From: Lama guanicoe
Lineage: Eukaryota
NCBI GenBank assembly: GCA_013239625.1
Contig: MU054212.1
Location: 3,622,744 to 3,686,743, forward strand
Direction of reading: 5' to 3'
Length of the DNA: 64,000 bases
Below the pieces are notes generated by a model. It ran no database searches and was not told the DNA's origin. It saw only the letters and a list, made by a program, of their open reading frames with translations. Made by a program: the position numbers and the translations under genes. Each line of letters opens with the position of its first letter. Position 1 is the stretch's first letter. Below are positions 13,229 to 26,356 of this stretch, one piece after another.

Positions 13229-14839
13229 TTAACCTGCCAAATAATGCAGAAGACACGGTAGGTATTATTTACTATAAATCTATTAAAATGCATTTTTATA
13301 AGCCATGGGGATTACATTCATTGCTCTGATTATAATTATGAATGTAATTTAACCCTGCTAATTAGACGTTGCTTCCTGAGGATCTGAGCAGTCCTCAGTT
13401 TTCCTAAAGGTTTGAACCATTATTCATATAGTGAAAGAAATATATTGATAATCAAAATTATTTAACAATAGGTATGACATGATTGTTATTATAATAACTT
13501 TAATAATAATAGAGATTGTTATAGAGCTAGACCAAATCTCATTTGCCAGCTATTAACTGCTTGGTGGCAGTATTGGGAAGGCTTTCTGGGGTCTTGGGGA
13601 AGAGTCTGGAACAAGAGATGGGTATTATAAAGGCTCAGGCAAGTGGATATGTAAAACCAGTTTAGAAGGATTACAATATTTTAATAATCAGTGAGGCCTT
13701 TCTGGTGCTTACCAACTGAAAATTAACACATCCAAAGAAAGATCTTGAACACCATATACATGAATATCTTCTTTTTTGTAATTAAACAATCTAGCATTAT
13801 TTCCAATGGGATCAACACAGTTAGCATATAAAATAACTTCCAAGAGGCACTCTGTTCTTGGGAATCACATTGTCAAAGAAAACAAGCATGAAGAATATGG
13901 ATAATTTAAAAATAAAATATAGAAATGCTTTCAATCCAGCAAAATGACTATCAACAAAGAGAAAATCCTCCTGGTGCTGTGAATGTAAACTCCTGAATAT
14001 ACATGAATATAACATGCCTATTGAAATACAATCGCCCCCTGATTGGAATGCCTCTTTATTTATACTACGCTATCAACACACAAGGAATTCACCCTGTGTC
14101 GAGTGCTGAATAAAAAAGGTGAACAGAAATACACAGTTGCTAAAAAAGGTTTGTAATCTCCGAGTACTACAAGGGAATTCAGAGGCCAGTAGTTGGTTAA
14201 GGCTGAAATACGATGTGAGTGGCCATTGTTATCAAAATGATTCCCTATAAATTTGGGCAATTAACTGAAGTGTGAAAGATGAGACTGCGTGAAAAAAAAA
14301 TACACTGTTTCTACCATAGTTGTACAGAAAAGAGGAAAGAAAAGAAAAAAAGAAGAAAGGAAAAGGCAACTCTGCCTTGAAAGACACAGGATTTACAGTT
14401 TTTAACAATATTTTATAAGCCTCAAGAACAGCTTCTTATCTAGAGACAGAAAAAATCAAATTGAAATGAACTCTTCCTGAACTTATACAAACAGATAATA
14501 AACAAAATGTTTTCTGTATTAGATTTTAACACAGGCTATTTAAAAAGAGTATTTCTGCATCTGGAAAACATAACATCTCTGAACAAGAGATGGTTTTTTC
14601 CCAGTCCCCAACCATCCACAGTGAGAACTTACGTTTCACTAAAACAGAGCACTATCTAGCAGTCACAACCGAGCACAATCGGCAGATTTTCCTTTATGCT
14701 TTGATGGTAAATCATGCATTTAAATAATTTTCCACAGTCAACCTTAGATGCACAGCATCGGATAAATCATCTTTGTGCCACGACACTGACATCATTGATC
14801 CATACGTGCCTTGCTTTTATTGATTATTCAATTAGTGTT

Positions 14840-15520
14840 TTCTGAATAATGGAACAAACACCTGCTAATTCACCATCCCCAAAACAAAAGCTACTATGTA
14901 GAGCATAACTTACATCTAATTACATGGTTCCTCCAATGGCACATCCCTCTTGGCTCTACTATGCAAGATAGCCGTCATCCAAAATTCTGGGTTCATCACT
15001 TCTTAGCTTTCCTTTGAAAATAATTTGCAGCATTTGTCTGCACCATGTGTTAGTTTGCTTCAGTTCTTTTTAGAGTTATGAAAAGGACAGCATGCTACCT
15101 GTAATTTGTGGGGACTCATTTTTTCCCTATAATACTATAATGCTATGATTTTTTTATGCTGTCACTTGTTGCCATAGTCCATTCACTTTGACTGTTGATA
15201 ACATGGTGTGAATATGCAATTTATTAATTCATCCTCCAATCAGTGGGCATTTGAGTCCTTTCCAGTTTTTCACTATTGAAATGGTATTATAGATATTTTT
15301 GTATATGTGTCCTTTGTAAATGTGCAGGATTTCCTCTTTATTGGAGATTTCCCCTGAAGTGGAATTTGCTGAGTCACCGTGGACTGAATGATCAACTTCA
15401 GGAGACAATGCCCAATTACTCTCTCACCAGCAATGTGTTAGAAATTCCATGGATCCATCTTCTCCTTGAAAAGTATTACTATGTGGAAATATTGGCTGAC
15501 CTTGCTTTCCCAGTGTGAAA
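14840..15520 (-). mobile_element. Old L1 (L1ME-like) 3' region
   Basis: tgggcatttgagtcctttccagtttttcactatt and gtggaatttgctgagtca are typical of antisense L1. Confidence 0.7.
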
Positions 15521-15789
15521 TACAAAATACGTGAGATTAAAACAGCATTAGTGGTGAGAGAAAAATGTGCATTTATTATAAGCCATTAGTATCAATTATA
15601 GACCACAAAATCATAATGTAATTATCACTACAATGTTTAACTTTTTGGATTGATCTATTTCATTTCCATCTAACCAAATAACTTATGAGTATATATTGTA
15701 TAAACTAAATTATCATGCAAATAACAATATAGCTATTATTTTGAAAAGCACAAAATTTACAAAAATTCTCAATTTATCAAGAAAGAATA

Positions 15790-16075
15790 GATTTTATCCT
15801 GCTCTATTCTTCTATAACACTTCATTCACCAGTAGACAAAGCATCTTTCTCAAGCTTCTTCTCTGATATCTCTCCTTCCACACACCTGAGAAGGTCATTG
15901 TGTCTCACACGTCTAATACTAGTCTTCTCTGACTCTCACACTAAATTATTTCCCTAAGAAATCCTATCCAGCTTCACTGGCTTAAAATACCATTTGCATT
16001 CTTGTGAATGATGCTTTTTGCCTCCTATCCCAGTCTCTCTTCTGAGTTCCAGATCCCAATTTCCATTGACCCATT
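15790..16075 (+). mobile_element. L2 fragment
   Basis: Pyrimidine-rich; tggcttaaaataccatttg...cccagtctctcttctgagttccagatccc. Confidence 0.6.
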
Positions 16076-16899
16076 GGACAAAATCAATCCTTTATCACAC
16101 ACTTGAGGGGAGTAGACAAGGTGAAGAAAGACTTAAAAAACAAATATACACACAAATCACAATTATTGTAGGAAAAAACAATCGGTATTCGTCAACCTAT
16201 AGATAAATGAGGCTCACCTCAAGCTGTGCAGGGTGGCCACTCCCACCATGCCTGCCTGGAGGGGTGTAGGAAGGGCATCCAGACCCTCGTCACTGTCTGT
16301 TGCCTTTCAGGTCACACGGCAGCCACTGCCTCCCTGCCCTCCCCGCCTTGCCATCACCATCAGCACTGTCGGTACTCCGTTACTGTGTCTTGTCAGAGAG
16401 AACAACTCCCAGAAAACCACCAAGGTGGGAGGCAGGGAGTGAATGCCAGCATCCTGCATCCTGAACATTAAGAAAGAGTGCTAGGTGCTTTCTTTTGACG
16501 CTGCATACTGGTCACTGAAGCTTTTCCTACACTTGACTGATCCCAAATATCAGAGATGCACTGGTGAGGAGGAGGAGGATGCCATTTTTGACCTAGCAGA
16601 GCCCCAGAAGATAAACGCTATCTAGACTGAAGGAATGATTAGCCCTGGTCACCTTCTCGGCTGTAGGTCAAAGAAGGGAACAGGACAGGCATTCAAGCAG
16701 ACAAGGAAAATACACACATTCTATCTGCTGACAAATCGGGTGATTCTGGAGAGATGGCTTCTTGTTAGAAAACAGGATGAAAGGAAAAAAAAAACACTAA
16801 CAGGGCTGGAGAGGGAAAATGTCACTGAACAATGGAAAGCTAAATCACCTTGTCCTGAAATACTAAGAAACAGTATGGAAAGTATTTATTACAGGTAAC

Positions 16900-19130
16900 A
16901 GAATAATATGTTAGATAATTTTTTGTTAGTCTCAGTTGAATTCAAGAATCAAAAAAAAAAATGAAAGAGCAAACTGATTAAATACAAAACAGGGAAAATA
17001 ACAGGATGTCATGAAAAGGGAGAAGGGTGAGATTATGAAAGACTGCAGATAAACTAATATTAAACATCAGATTAAAGTTGCATTGGAGGATTTAAAGTAT
17101 GTCATATGATTTATGAGCAGGCCTCGTAAGGGACCTACTAAAAGGAAAATTTCATGGTGCAGATGTAGAGGATGAAAAATAAGTAAGAACATAAGCAATT
17201 CAATCAATAAGCTTGATACTTCTGAAATTAAAAACATTAAACTATTTCATAAAGACTAAGCAGCTGGAAGTGAGAACAGAGGCAAGCAGAAAATCTTGAC
17301 GAGCAAAAGAGTTTTCAAATTTTGGTGCAGACATTTGTGACTGGTTAAAAGAACAGAAAGCAATCATTTATGGAACAGGAAAATAATAAAGAACTTTCCA
17401 ATTTACAAAGGGAAAAATGAAATGGACAGAAACGCAATCAAAGCAACAAAAATCAAGAAAATAAAAAAAAGAGGGAGAGATGTAAAATAAATAGTGAAGG
17501 AAGATGGAAGGTATGCCAGCAAGAATACACTACACTAAATGTGAGTGGACTGAATTCGCTAATGGAAAGACAAATCACTGGGGTAGGTGAAAACTAAACA
17601 CAGTTAAATGCTGTTTATCTGATACTACTTAAAATGAAGTAATGAAGGAAGGTTGAGTGTAGAGGGTGGACCAAGACATAGCAAGCAAATACAAAGAGAG
17701 AAAACAGAGCAGGTACTATTAACACTACACACAGTTGGAATTTCAGGTTAAAGGCACAGTATAGGACAAAGAGGAACACTGTGTAATGATAAACTCACAT
17801 ATAAAAGAAATCTCACAGACCTATGCACATGTGTACCATATATCATCACAACTAAATACATAAAGCAAGAAGTATTAGAATGCAAGATGGGCTTTCTAAA
17901 ATTGCAGTGTAGTACAGTTTGAGATTTCCATAATCCCTCTCTCAGAACTAGACAAATGTGGTAAATAAGAATAGTAAGGACATAGAAGAATTGACTAATA
18001 AAATCAGTAAACTTGATTAGTGTCCACATGGAGAGGACCTCACGTTTTTCTAACAAGAGAATGTGTAGTTTTTCGCTGTTCATGAAGTCTTAACAAAATA
18101 GTCTGTAACATTTGGTCACAAAGAAAATTCTGACAGTTGTTTACAAGTTGGTATTTTACAGGTCTCTAGGTCTGATCATAATCCAATAAAATTAGAACTA
18201 AATAATTAAAGTTGATCTAGAATAATCCAGAAGTATATCTCATTAATCATACATCATATATTTGTTTATCAAGTGTAATCATAGAAAATACATGGCATTT
18301 CAATTAAACACGAAAGAATTAATTATTTAATAAATGATACAACTGTCCATCCACCTAGAATAAAATAAAACTGGAAATCATACAAATATAATTTCCAGAT
18401 AAAACTTTTTAATGTAAAAAATAAAATAATAAAATTCACGCAAGAAAATATATTCTCATTTAATTGAAAAACCCAGGGGGAAAAAAAAACAATATGCAGA
18501 GCAAAAATATCAAAAGCAGAAAGTTAATCAATAAATGATACATTTTCGAAAAAACAATTGGTAAAGCAGATAGCCACAGGACTAATATTTAAATTTTTAG
18601 AGGTATTATTTCTTATGTCAATAAGAAAGCAAACCAATGGAATATTAAAAACAATTAACAAATAAATCTTAATGACTGAAAATATATGATAAGACGCTCA
18701 CAGTCACTAATAGGGAAAGCAAATGAAAGGAATCAGATATCTTTTTATAGTCTTCAGAGTGGCAAAACTTAAAAGACTAAGAACATATACTGTAGGCGAG
18801 AATGTGAGAAAATAGTACAGTGAGACTATGAGGTGTTGGCACTTTTTTGAAATCAATCTAGCAACATTTTGTAAAATCAATCTTTGGTATATCTTTTGAG
18901 CCAGCAGTCTCATTCTTGGTACTAAATCTCCGAGAAAGAAAATCCCAAGGGAAAATACAAGTACTTAAAGGAGAATGGCTGAATAATGCTGCTGGAGCGA
19001 TAGGGAAAAATACGCAGCTACTAAAAAGAATGAACGTGAGCTGCAGTATTTCTTCTTCCAGAAATTTTCAAGAGGTATGTTCAAGCAAAAAAAGCAAGAT
19101 ACAGAAGAGTGTATAATATACCATTAAAAA
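16900..19130 (+). mobile_element. Old, internally deleted L1 (ORF1 relic, ORF2 endonuclease, ORF2 3' end)
   Basis: EN motifs readable: TLNVSGLNSLMER (17532-17570), DKEEHCVMI (17765-17791), SDHNPIKLEL (18171-18200); A-rich sense strand; many stops and frameshifts. Confidence 0.85.
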
Positions 19131-20429
19131 CAAACAAACAAACAGTAACAATGGAAACCCTGTAGGTGGAGGAAAATGTGCAAGCCACGCATTCTAGATG
19201 TTAGTGTGAGTTATTGGGAAGAGGAAGGGGCTGATGGATTAAATACACTGGACACTTTCTTACTCAGTGTGGATAACAAAAATTACAGGTCTTTGATCCA
19301 ATTCAACGACATTTTTTAAACTATCAAAATGCAGGCAATACACCTGCGTGCATTTAAAACATGCTGCTCAAAACCAGTCACATAACTTCATTTATAAAAC
19401 AAGTGTGAGTATTTTATTCTCATGAGAAGAGATTTCTTAAAAGACAGAAGGATTTACTTTCAAAAGTCCTAGCACACCCTCTATTGGTCTGGAAAATTAA
19501 GTGGGTAGGGAGTTTTTTGTCCTAGAGTCTAGAAGTCCTGCAATCTTTTGTTGTTTATTCTTTTTTTCTCTCTCTGACTTCTTGTCCTTTACTCTCCCTA
19601 AGGATGAAATTAATGGTCAGCTGCACCTGTCCATCTGATCTAGTTGGTTAATTCAGGATTAAAATTCACTTATTCAGCAACACTGCAACACCTGTAGCTC
19701 TACAAAGACAGCAATAATTCCAATTAAAAATGTACCTATTCTCTATGTACTATCTAATCCATATACAACCTTTGAAAAAAGATATTTAATGCTGCTTCTT
19801 GTCTCTGGGTTTTCAGTATCTCTGTTGATAATAGCTTTGCTTTTAATCATTTGTTCCTATTAAAAAGCAGAAATAGGCAGAAAGAAGGGGGAGAAAACAT
19901 TATTTGCGTCTCTATAGAGAAATTGCTTGGAAAGCTGTCAAAGTTTCTTTAGACGATTTAAATTAGGGAGGGTAGCTTTTGCAGGAAATGAATGTGAGAC
20001 AACAGATGAGGCTGGGAAATTCACCGTGGATATTTTTTTGTTTTACATTAGGGTGTCCGGTGCATTGTGGGTATGTGCTTGCATGTAAAACCCTTACGCG
20101 TTTAAAAGGGTACGAAAATGCATATGCTTTAAATATAGAAATCTCCAAACTGATATTTTTTAGTAGCTTACAGCAATTCCAGGCTCCCTTGAGTGAACAC
20201 GCCTCTCAATAGAATATATCCAGAGTAATCTTGATTTACAAGCATAGTCAAATAGTAAATATTATCCCAAGCATTCTCACAAAGAAAACAGGCTCCTCAT
20301 GTTTCAGATCTACCTGTACCTAAAAAGTAGGTTGCACTAAATAGGGAGAGAGTCTTGGCTATTTCCTTAAAAGCAATTACTTTTATCCAAGCTGAAACCA
20401 ACCAACTCATCAATTAGGTAGTATTTCTC

Positions 20430-21470
20430 TCTTCATATTTGGTAATAAATCTTTCTCTACTTTTACATTGTTAATGTTTTTGTGTTATTTAGTTTTATTT
20501 CTCTCTCTTGTAAAAAAAATTATGATTAGAGTTTATTTTCTTATTCTACTAATCGTCTTTTTAATGGAATTCTAAGCTATTTGTCCTGACAGTATTTGAT
20601 GTCTAATCTTAATTCTGAAATCTTCTTTTTGGTTTATTATTCTGCTCTTCTTTCATATTTTCTTTAGTTACATGAACTGAGATTTTTGTTTTTAGAGATT
20701 TGCATTACTATCTAAGGATTTTGAAACATTCACACTCTTGGCTTTTTTAAATTTCTATGGGAGACTCAAAGTTCTTCAAAAGTATGCATTTTGGGGGTTC
20801 TCAAAGTTAAGCATGAAACAATCTTTTGATACTGCCAATATAAATCTAGGTATTTAGAACAAATCTACTTTCATTTATCATAGCCTGATATTCCTTTTAT
20901 TATTATAATCTGGAACTTTTAGCATTCGCAAGGACTGCTTTTGGTATTCAACCTAATTTTATTTTTAACTGACTTAAATATCATTTCAAATAATTTATTT
21001 TATGACTCTGAATCTTTACTTTGGATTCTTTTTTCCTTTGGCTACAGTGTGTCTCCATTTTCCTGGAAAATTTTTGAAAGAATGCTTTGCCTCCAAGCCT
21101 AAAGCTTCTGGGTACAGGTGTCCTGTGGCACATCTTTTCTGCTCCCAGCCCTGGTGCTGCAGAGTTTTATTTTCCTAGATATCTCAAACTGCAGGGAAGT
21201 GCAAAACCAATCTGATTTTTGTTCCCTTGTAGGAATTTTATCCAGATTAACTATAATTTTTTTTTCCTCCTACTTGGAGGAAAAAAGAAAAAAAAAAGGA
21301 TCGTAGTGTTTTGAGGCATGGATCTCCTTTTTCATCATTCTTCTCACCTAAAATGTGAGCATTTCTGAACGTGTGTGTTCAGGTTTCTTTTATTCAGAAA
21401 TATTTTTATTTCATTACATCTGTTATTCTTTCTTACTTGTTCTGGTTTCAGGAGTTTCAAACATTCTTAA
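20430..21470 (-). mobile_element. Very old L1/HAL1-like fragments
   Basis: Long T-rich tract with antisense-L1-like phrases; family not resolved. Confidence 0.4.
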
Positions 21471-22407
21471 AGAATACAAACTAAATACACATAGGCAAGT
21501 AGGGACATTCAGTTTAATTACAGACGTCAGTTTAGAGTAAGTTAACATACAAACTGTATTGTCAACCTGAAGATCTATTTAATCCCAGAACTGGTAGCCT
21601 ATCTGCCACAGTTTCAATATTTTGAACGTCTAGATTCTTTCTGGCTGGACTCTGAGTTTGACCCAACTTCCTCACTAACTGCCAACCAGCCCACGTGGAC
21701 GGTCTCCCCTTTAGGGTTCGAGAATGCTCTTATCTGGTGCCTCGACTTTGACATGTCAACAAACAACCATTCTTTCTTTATTCTGGACCTTAACCCTAGA
21801 CCCCAAATGTCATCATTACCTTGTCTTATCCTTCAACTTCATCTTATTGTAAAATTTGCATAACCCCAAATTCACTTCTATAGAATCATACACAGAATGT
21901 CTATATAATTTGGTACAGTATCATTGATTACAGTTATAAATTATGAAAGAAATGTGAGTAAACATAGGAGATACATAAGACTGTCATGGCTCTCATGTCA
22001 CTACTGTGACTGGACACAAGGTTCTAAGCTGCAGGTATGATGTTGATGTTTTTACAGGTGATATGTCAACAAAGATAAATATCAAATCTTTCCAACTTTG
22101 CCCACCTCTCATGCAATTGCGAGGTGATAAAAAGCTGAAGCTATGTTGAGAATCACACCTCCTGCTTCAGACAACAGAAGAGTACTGCAGACTTTATAAC
22201 TGGATGAAATCCCTCCCACTCAACATCTTACCCTCTATCTGCAGGCAGTTCCATCAAAGCTCCAGGAGCTGTGATGAGATATCAAGTCGCACCATGAATG
22301 TCTTGCTATGAGTCCCTGTTTTAAACTGCTATACCTGAAAATAAAAGTCATTCTATTCTAGGGGTTCTTCCATTTTCCCAAATACTCACTTTGACCTTCA
22401 ATTAGCT

Positions 22408-22532
22408 AACTTTGTAAAGTCCTTGAGAATGGGCACTTTGCTATTTACCCACAATGCCCATATCAGGGTATTCAACACAGCATTTGCTCAACAGAGAGTA
22501 AGGAATGAATGAATGAATGAATGAATGAATGA
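22408..22532 (+). mobile_element. L2 3' end with (GAAT)n tail
   Basis: tgtaaagtccttgagaatggg... followed by (GAAT)7 at 22503-22530. Confidence 0.75.
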
Positions 22533-23154
22533 AAGACTCAAAGAAACAAACAAACCAACAGTTGTTGATCCGGATTCCTACCCATCTTTTATCCATGTAT
22601 CAAAAGTAAATTCCTCTGTTGAAGTGAATTTAAGTTGAAACTACGGTGCAGAATTCTTCATACTTAAAAGCGTCTACAGCAGGGACATACTCTTTCTCTT
22701 TGTAACTGTGCTTGGTTCTTTGGAGAAATCTCTCTTAAGAAACACCTCTCTCGGGTGTATGAAAAGCCTTAATAGACTTGGCACCACCTCCCCGAGCCAA
22801 GTATAGTAGACCTGACTACCCTGGTTGCTGTCATCACCCTCAAGACAATTACTGCTCTATTTTAACCTCAGTCCTTTCAAGCACTTTGGAATCTGAGATA
22901 ACTACAGAGTTACTTGATGTACTGAAAACTGCCCAAATTCGACTTTCTCTTTTGTTCTAATTCCTTGGTTCACTGAGAACATTGTATCCAGCCTGTCTCT
23001 CTGTTTCCCCCATGAGATCTGAGATGACTTGTCAAGGAAGAACAACAGTGAGAAGAATAATTAATGATCCTTTGATGCCTGCCAGCTCTGAAGAGGCCCT
23101 TACCTGTGGGCTTTCGAGGGTTCCATAATTACCTGACAGTTTCCACTGCTTGCC

Positions 23155-23400
23155 TATCTTGCCAAGTTTCCATATTTCCCTCTGATCACGGCAGACGGTG
23201 TAGATCTCTTCTGAGTCTCCACTGCACTACAGCTTGGTGTATTCAAGTAAATCTTCTCCATTCAAATGATCCCAGCACATGTACAGCATGCTTCAGAAGC
23301 ATCCAGTTTTGATGGTGTGCGGAATGCTTCCTCTGAGAGGTTTGAGATAACCACAGACGTCCTGTGGCATCTGTTCTTCTGTCTTCCACTTCAACATACA
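23155..23400 (-). mobile_element. Ancient RTE-clade LINE relic (L4/MamRTE1-type)
   Basis: Minus frame from 23315: SKLDASEACCTCAGII*MEKI...SAVIRGKYGNLAR, like RTE ORF KLDAFEMWCLRRILGISWTDKI...IRRRRLRWFGHVAR. Confidence 0.55.
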
Positions 23401-23819
23401 AAGGGATTTAGAAACTGCTCCCTGAACCAGACATCACTTTTCCTCCCAAATAAACTCGTAAGTCTTTCACCCCATCTTGCTGTAAGCTGGGCCACCGAGG
23501 AGGAAATAACTGTGTTCTACAAAACTTGGCTATTACTTTTTGAAAGATAAATGATACATAAATACATAAAGAATAGGGCTGGGGCTAAGTATGAACTTAT
23601 ATAAAATATGTATGCCAGGGCCTTGCTGGTCTCACAGAAGTTCTTCACATGTCCTGTGTTCAGCTCTAGTTATGACTGAGGAGCAAGGCTCCACACCAGT
23701 AGAACAGGAGCGTAAGTGTGAGGACACGGAGGCGGACTGAGACAACAGCATCTTCTGTCCTCAAGTGATTATTATTTATTTGGGCAACTTAAAAGGCCAC
23801 TGAAAAAAATCACTGTGAC

Positions 23820-24112
23820 TTTTGCCCACCTCCTGATCTTCAACGAAAGGAGAGGGTCTGGAGGCTGAATTAATAGATGGCTGATGGCTTAATCAATCAT
23901 GTCTACATAAGAAAGCTTCCACAAAGACCCAAGAGGACAAGGTGTGGGGAGCTTCCCAGTTGGTGAACACAGAGAGACGCTGGGAGAGTGATGCATCCAG
24001 AGACTGCGGAAGCTCTGTGCCCCTCCCCGCACACCTCGTCCTCTACATCTCTTCTGGTTGTTCCCGAGTTGTTTGCATCCTTTCCTAATAAAATAGTGAT
24101 GTAGTAAGTTTA
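23820..24112 (+). mobile_element. MER21-like LTR fragment, truncated just after its polyA signal and flanked by a 17-bp direct repeat
   Basis: ttaatcaatcatgtctacataagaaagcttcc...gagcttcccagttggtgaacac...ggaagctctgtgcccctcccc; AATAAA 24087-24092; repeat aaaaaaatcactRtgac at 23803-23819 and 24113-24129. Confidence 0.8.
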
Positions 24113-24861
24113 AAAAAAATCACTATGACATTGTTTCATTTTACTTGAAAAAAATGATAAATGGATCAATTTCTTCCATGAAACTAATTATTTTTCTCAA
24201 TTTTTTTTTATCTAAAGAAAGATTTTTGCCAAGTAACTTTTTTTTTCTGGCAATACTATTTTTATGAGCAAAGAGGTTTTTATCAGAAATTCTGTTTTGG
24301 GAAGTTTCAGAAGCTTCAGGGATAAACTTTCCAATACAAAGTGGACTAAACATTCCACATCATAAAAACCACAGAACGGGGTGGGCAGATAAGGCATTAA
24401 AGAGTTTGTTTTGAGCTAAATCACCCCAGGAAGATATTTTTCAATTTCCAGAACTCTTTGGGGAAATTACGTCCCAAAGACCCCCTTTAATTCAGGGCTA
24501 TCATATCCCATTGTGTAAATTGCTGCACAACTTAAACAAATGTCTATCAATTAGACCACTAGGCGGTATCAACACGGTGGCCTCAAATCCGTATTTATCA
24601 TTTTAGAAACCTGAAAGAAATAGTTTATTCCAGGAGAACTGAATCTTTCCCTCCCAAATCTTATTCAGAACACCAGCCCCTTAAATAGATAAAAGCACAA
24701 TTGCTCTGTTGGAAACGTAGGTGGGGAATCCCAGGGACCCACCCCTCCCAGCTCCCTGGGAGGGATTTTAGATCTCCATGAAAAACAGCTCAAAAGTGGT
24801 GTCTTAAAGCAAAAAGTTTGTATAAGGAAGAGACATATTTTCCAAGATTAGCTGAAGCCAT

Positions 24862-24960
24862 GGAATGTGGTTCGACAGAAGAGCGTCAACCTGGACATCA
24901 ATAAACCACTTCAAATCTGGCTGTGGGTGACCCACAAAGTCCTGAGCGAGTCTCCCCTGT
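24862..24960 (+). mobile_element. MIR fragment
   Basis: gtggttcgacagaagagc...ttcaaatctggct resembles the MIR 5' half. Confidence 0.4.
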
Positions 24961-25704
24961 TCCAGGAAGCTGGACCAGATAAACGGGAGTGGGACGAGCC
25001 TCTTCTGAGCCATGGGTTCTTTGGGAATCTGAGAAAAACGTTGTAGATCATCTCGCTTTACCCTGTCAAAGCCACACAGACCCACAGTTAGACTTTGAAT
25101 GTCTAAGATCTCCCGAGCTCCACGGGCACCTACCCTAGGGAAACATAAGGTCATTTGGATCTTGCTGTTGTTCTAACATTTTTCAGAACATCTTTAAGTG
25201 ATTTTTAAAGTTTAACAAGGAACGTTACCCGGCATTCTGTTTGCTTCCCTACTGGGTCAGCTGGATTTCCTCTGCTCCATGGGTACAGAATAAGATTACA
25301 TGCCTAGCTCTAAACAGAATGTTTGCAAACTTTGCTCCCTTCAAAAAAAGAGGAGGGGGGATTCTAACGAGTATAGGTCAGTGCAATCATTTCCCCTCCT
25401 GGAAACATGCTTTACAAAGCAAGTCCTTCTGAAGTGAAGACACTAAATCACATCATGCATGAAACAACACTGCCCATCAGAGGAGACATTACCTGCAGGT
25501 CTGCTGTTGGTGGATGTCCAGCTGGGTCCCTTAAACTGGACAGAAGGCTGAAGATGGCCACCAGCCCTTTCAAATATTAGGCAGTTTCTGCAAATATTAG
25601 GCACTTACTATTTCTTGTTGAAAAAGGAATAACCAAGGCGTAATCTGCACCCCTTCCGTTCCTTCTCAATTCCAAACAATATTATCGTTTATAATTCAAT
25701 TCTT

Positions 25705-26356
25705 TTTTTTTAACATTTTTATTGATTTACAATCATTTCACAATGTTGTGTCAAATTCCAGTGTTCAGCACAATTTTTCAGTCATTCATGGACATATACA
25801 CACTCATTGTCACATTTTTTTCTCTGTGATTTATCATAACATTTTGTGTATATTTCTCTGTGCTATACAGTGTAATCTTGTTTATCTATTCTACAATTTT
25901 GAAATCCCAGTCTACCCCTTCCCACCCTCTACCCCCCTGGTAACCACAAGTCTGTCTTCTCTGTCCATGAGTCTTTACATTCCACATATGAGTGATCTCA
26001 TATGGTATTTTTCTTCCTCTTTCTGGCTTACTTCACTTAGAATGACATTCTCTAGGAGCATCCATGTTGCTGCAAATGGCGTTATATTGTCGGTTTTTAT
26101 GGCTGAGTAGTATTCCATCGTATAAATATACCACCTCTTCTTTATCCAGTCACCTGTTGATGGACATTTAGGCTGTTTCCATGTTTTGGCTATTGTAAAT
26201 AGTGCTGCTATGAACATTGGGGTGCAGGTGTCATCCTGAAGTAGATTTCCTTCTGGATACAAGCCCAGGAGTGGGATTCCTGGGTCATATGGTAAGTCTA
26301 TTCCTAGTCTTTTGAGGAATCTCCACACTGTTTTCCATAGTGGCTGCACCAAACTG
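25705..26356 (-). mobile_element. Young 5'-truncated L1 (ORF2 C-terminus, 3' UTR, polyA)
   Basis: Open ORF2 frame (LVQPLWKTVWRFLK...TCTPMFIAALFTIAKTWKQPKCP...YTMEYYSAIK) to the stop at 25975; polyT at left; TSD caattctt at 25697-25704 and 26357-26364. Confidence 0.97.

Noticed and set aside
25571..25603. caaatattaggca repeated with 20-bp period (similar micro-duplications at 8009-8053, 12010-12031 and 56007-56032)
   Set aside because: Ordinary slippage micro-duplications of two copies; not an array and not CRISPR-like
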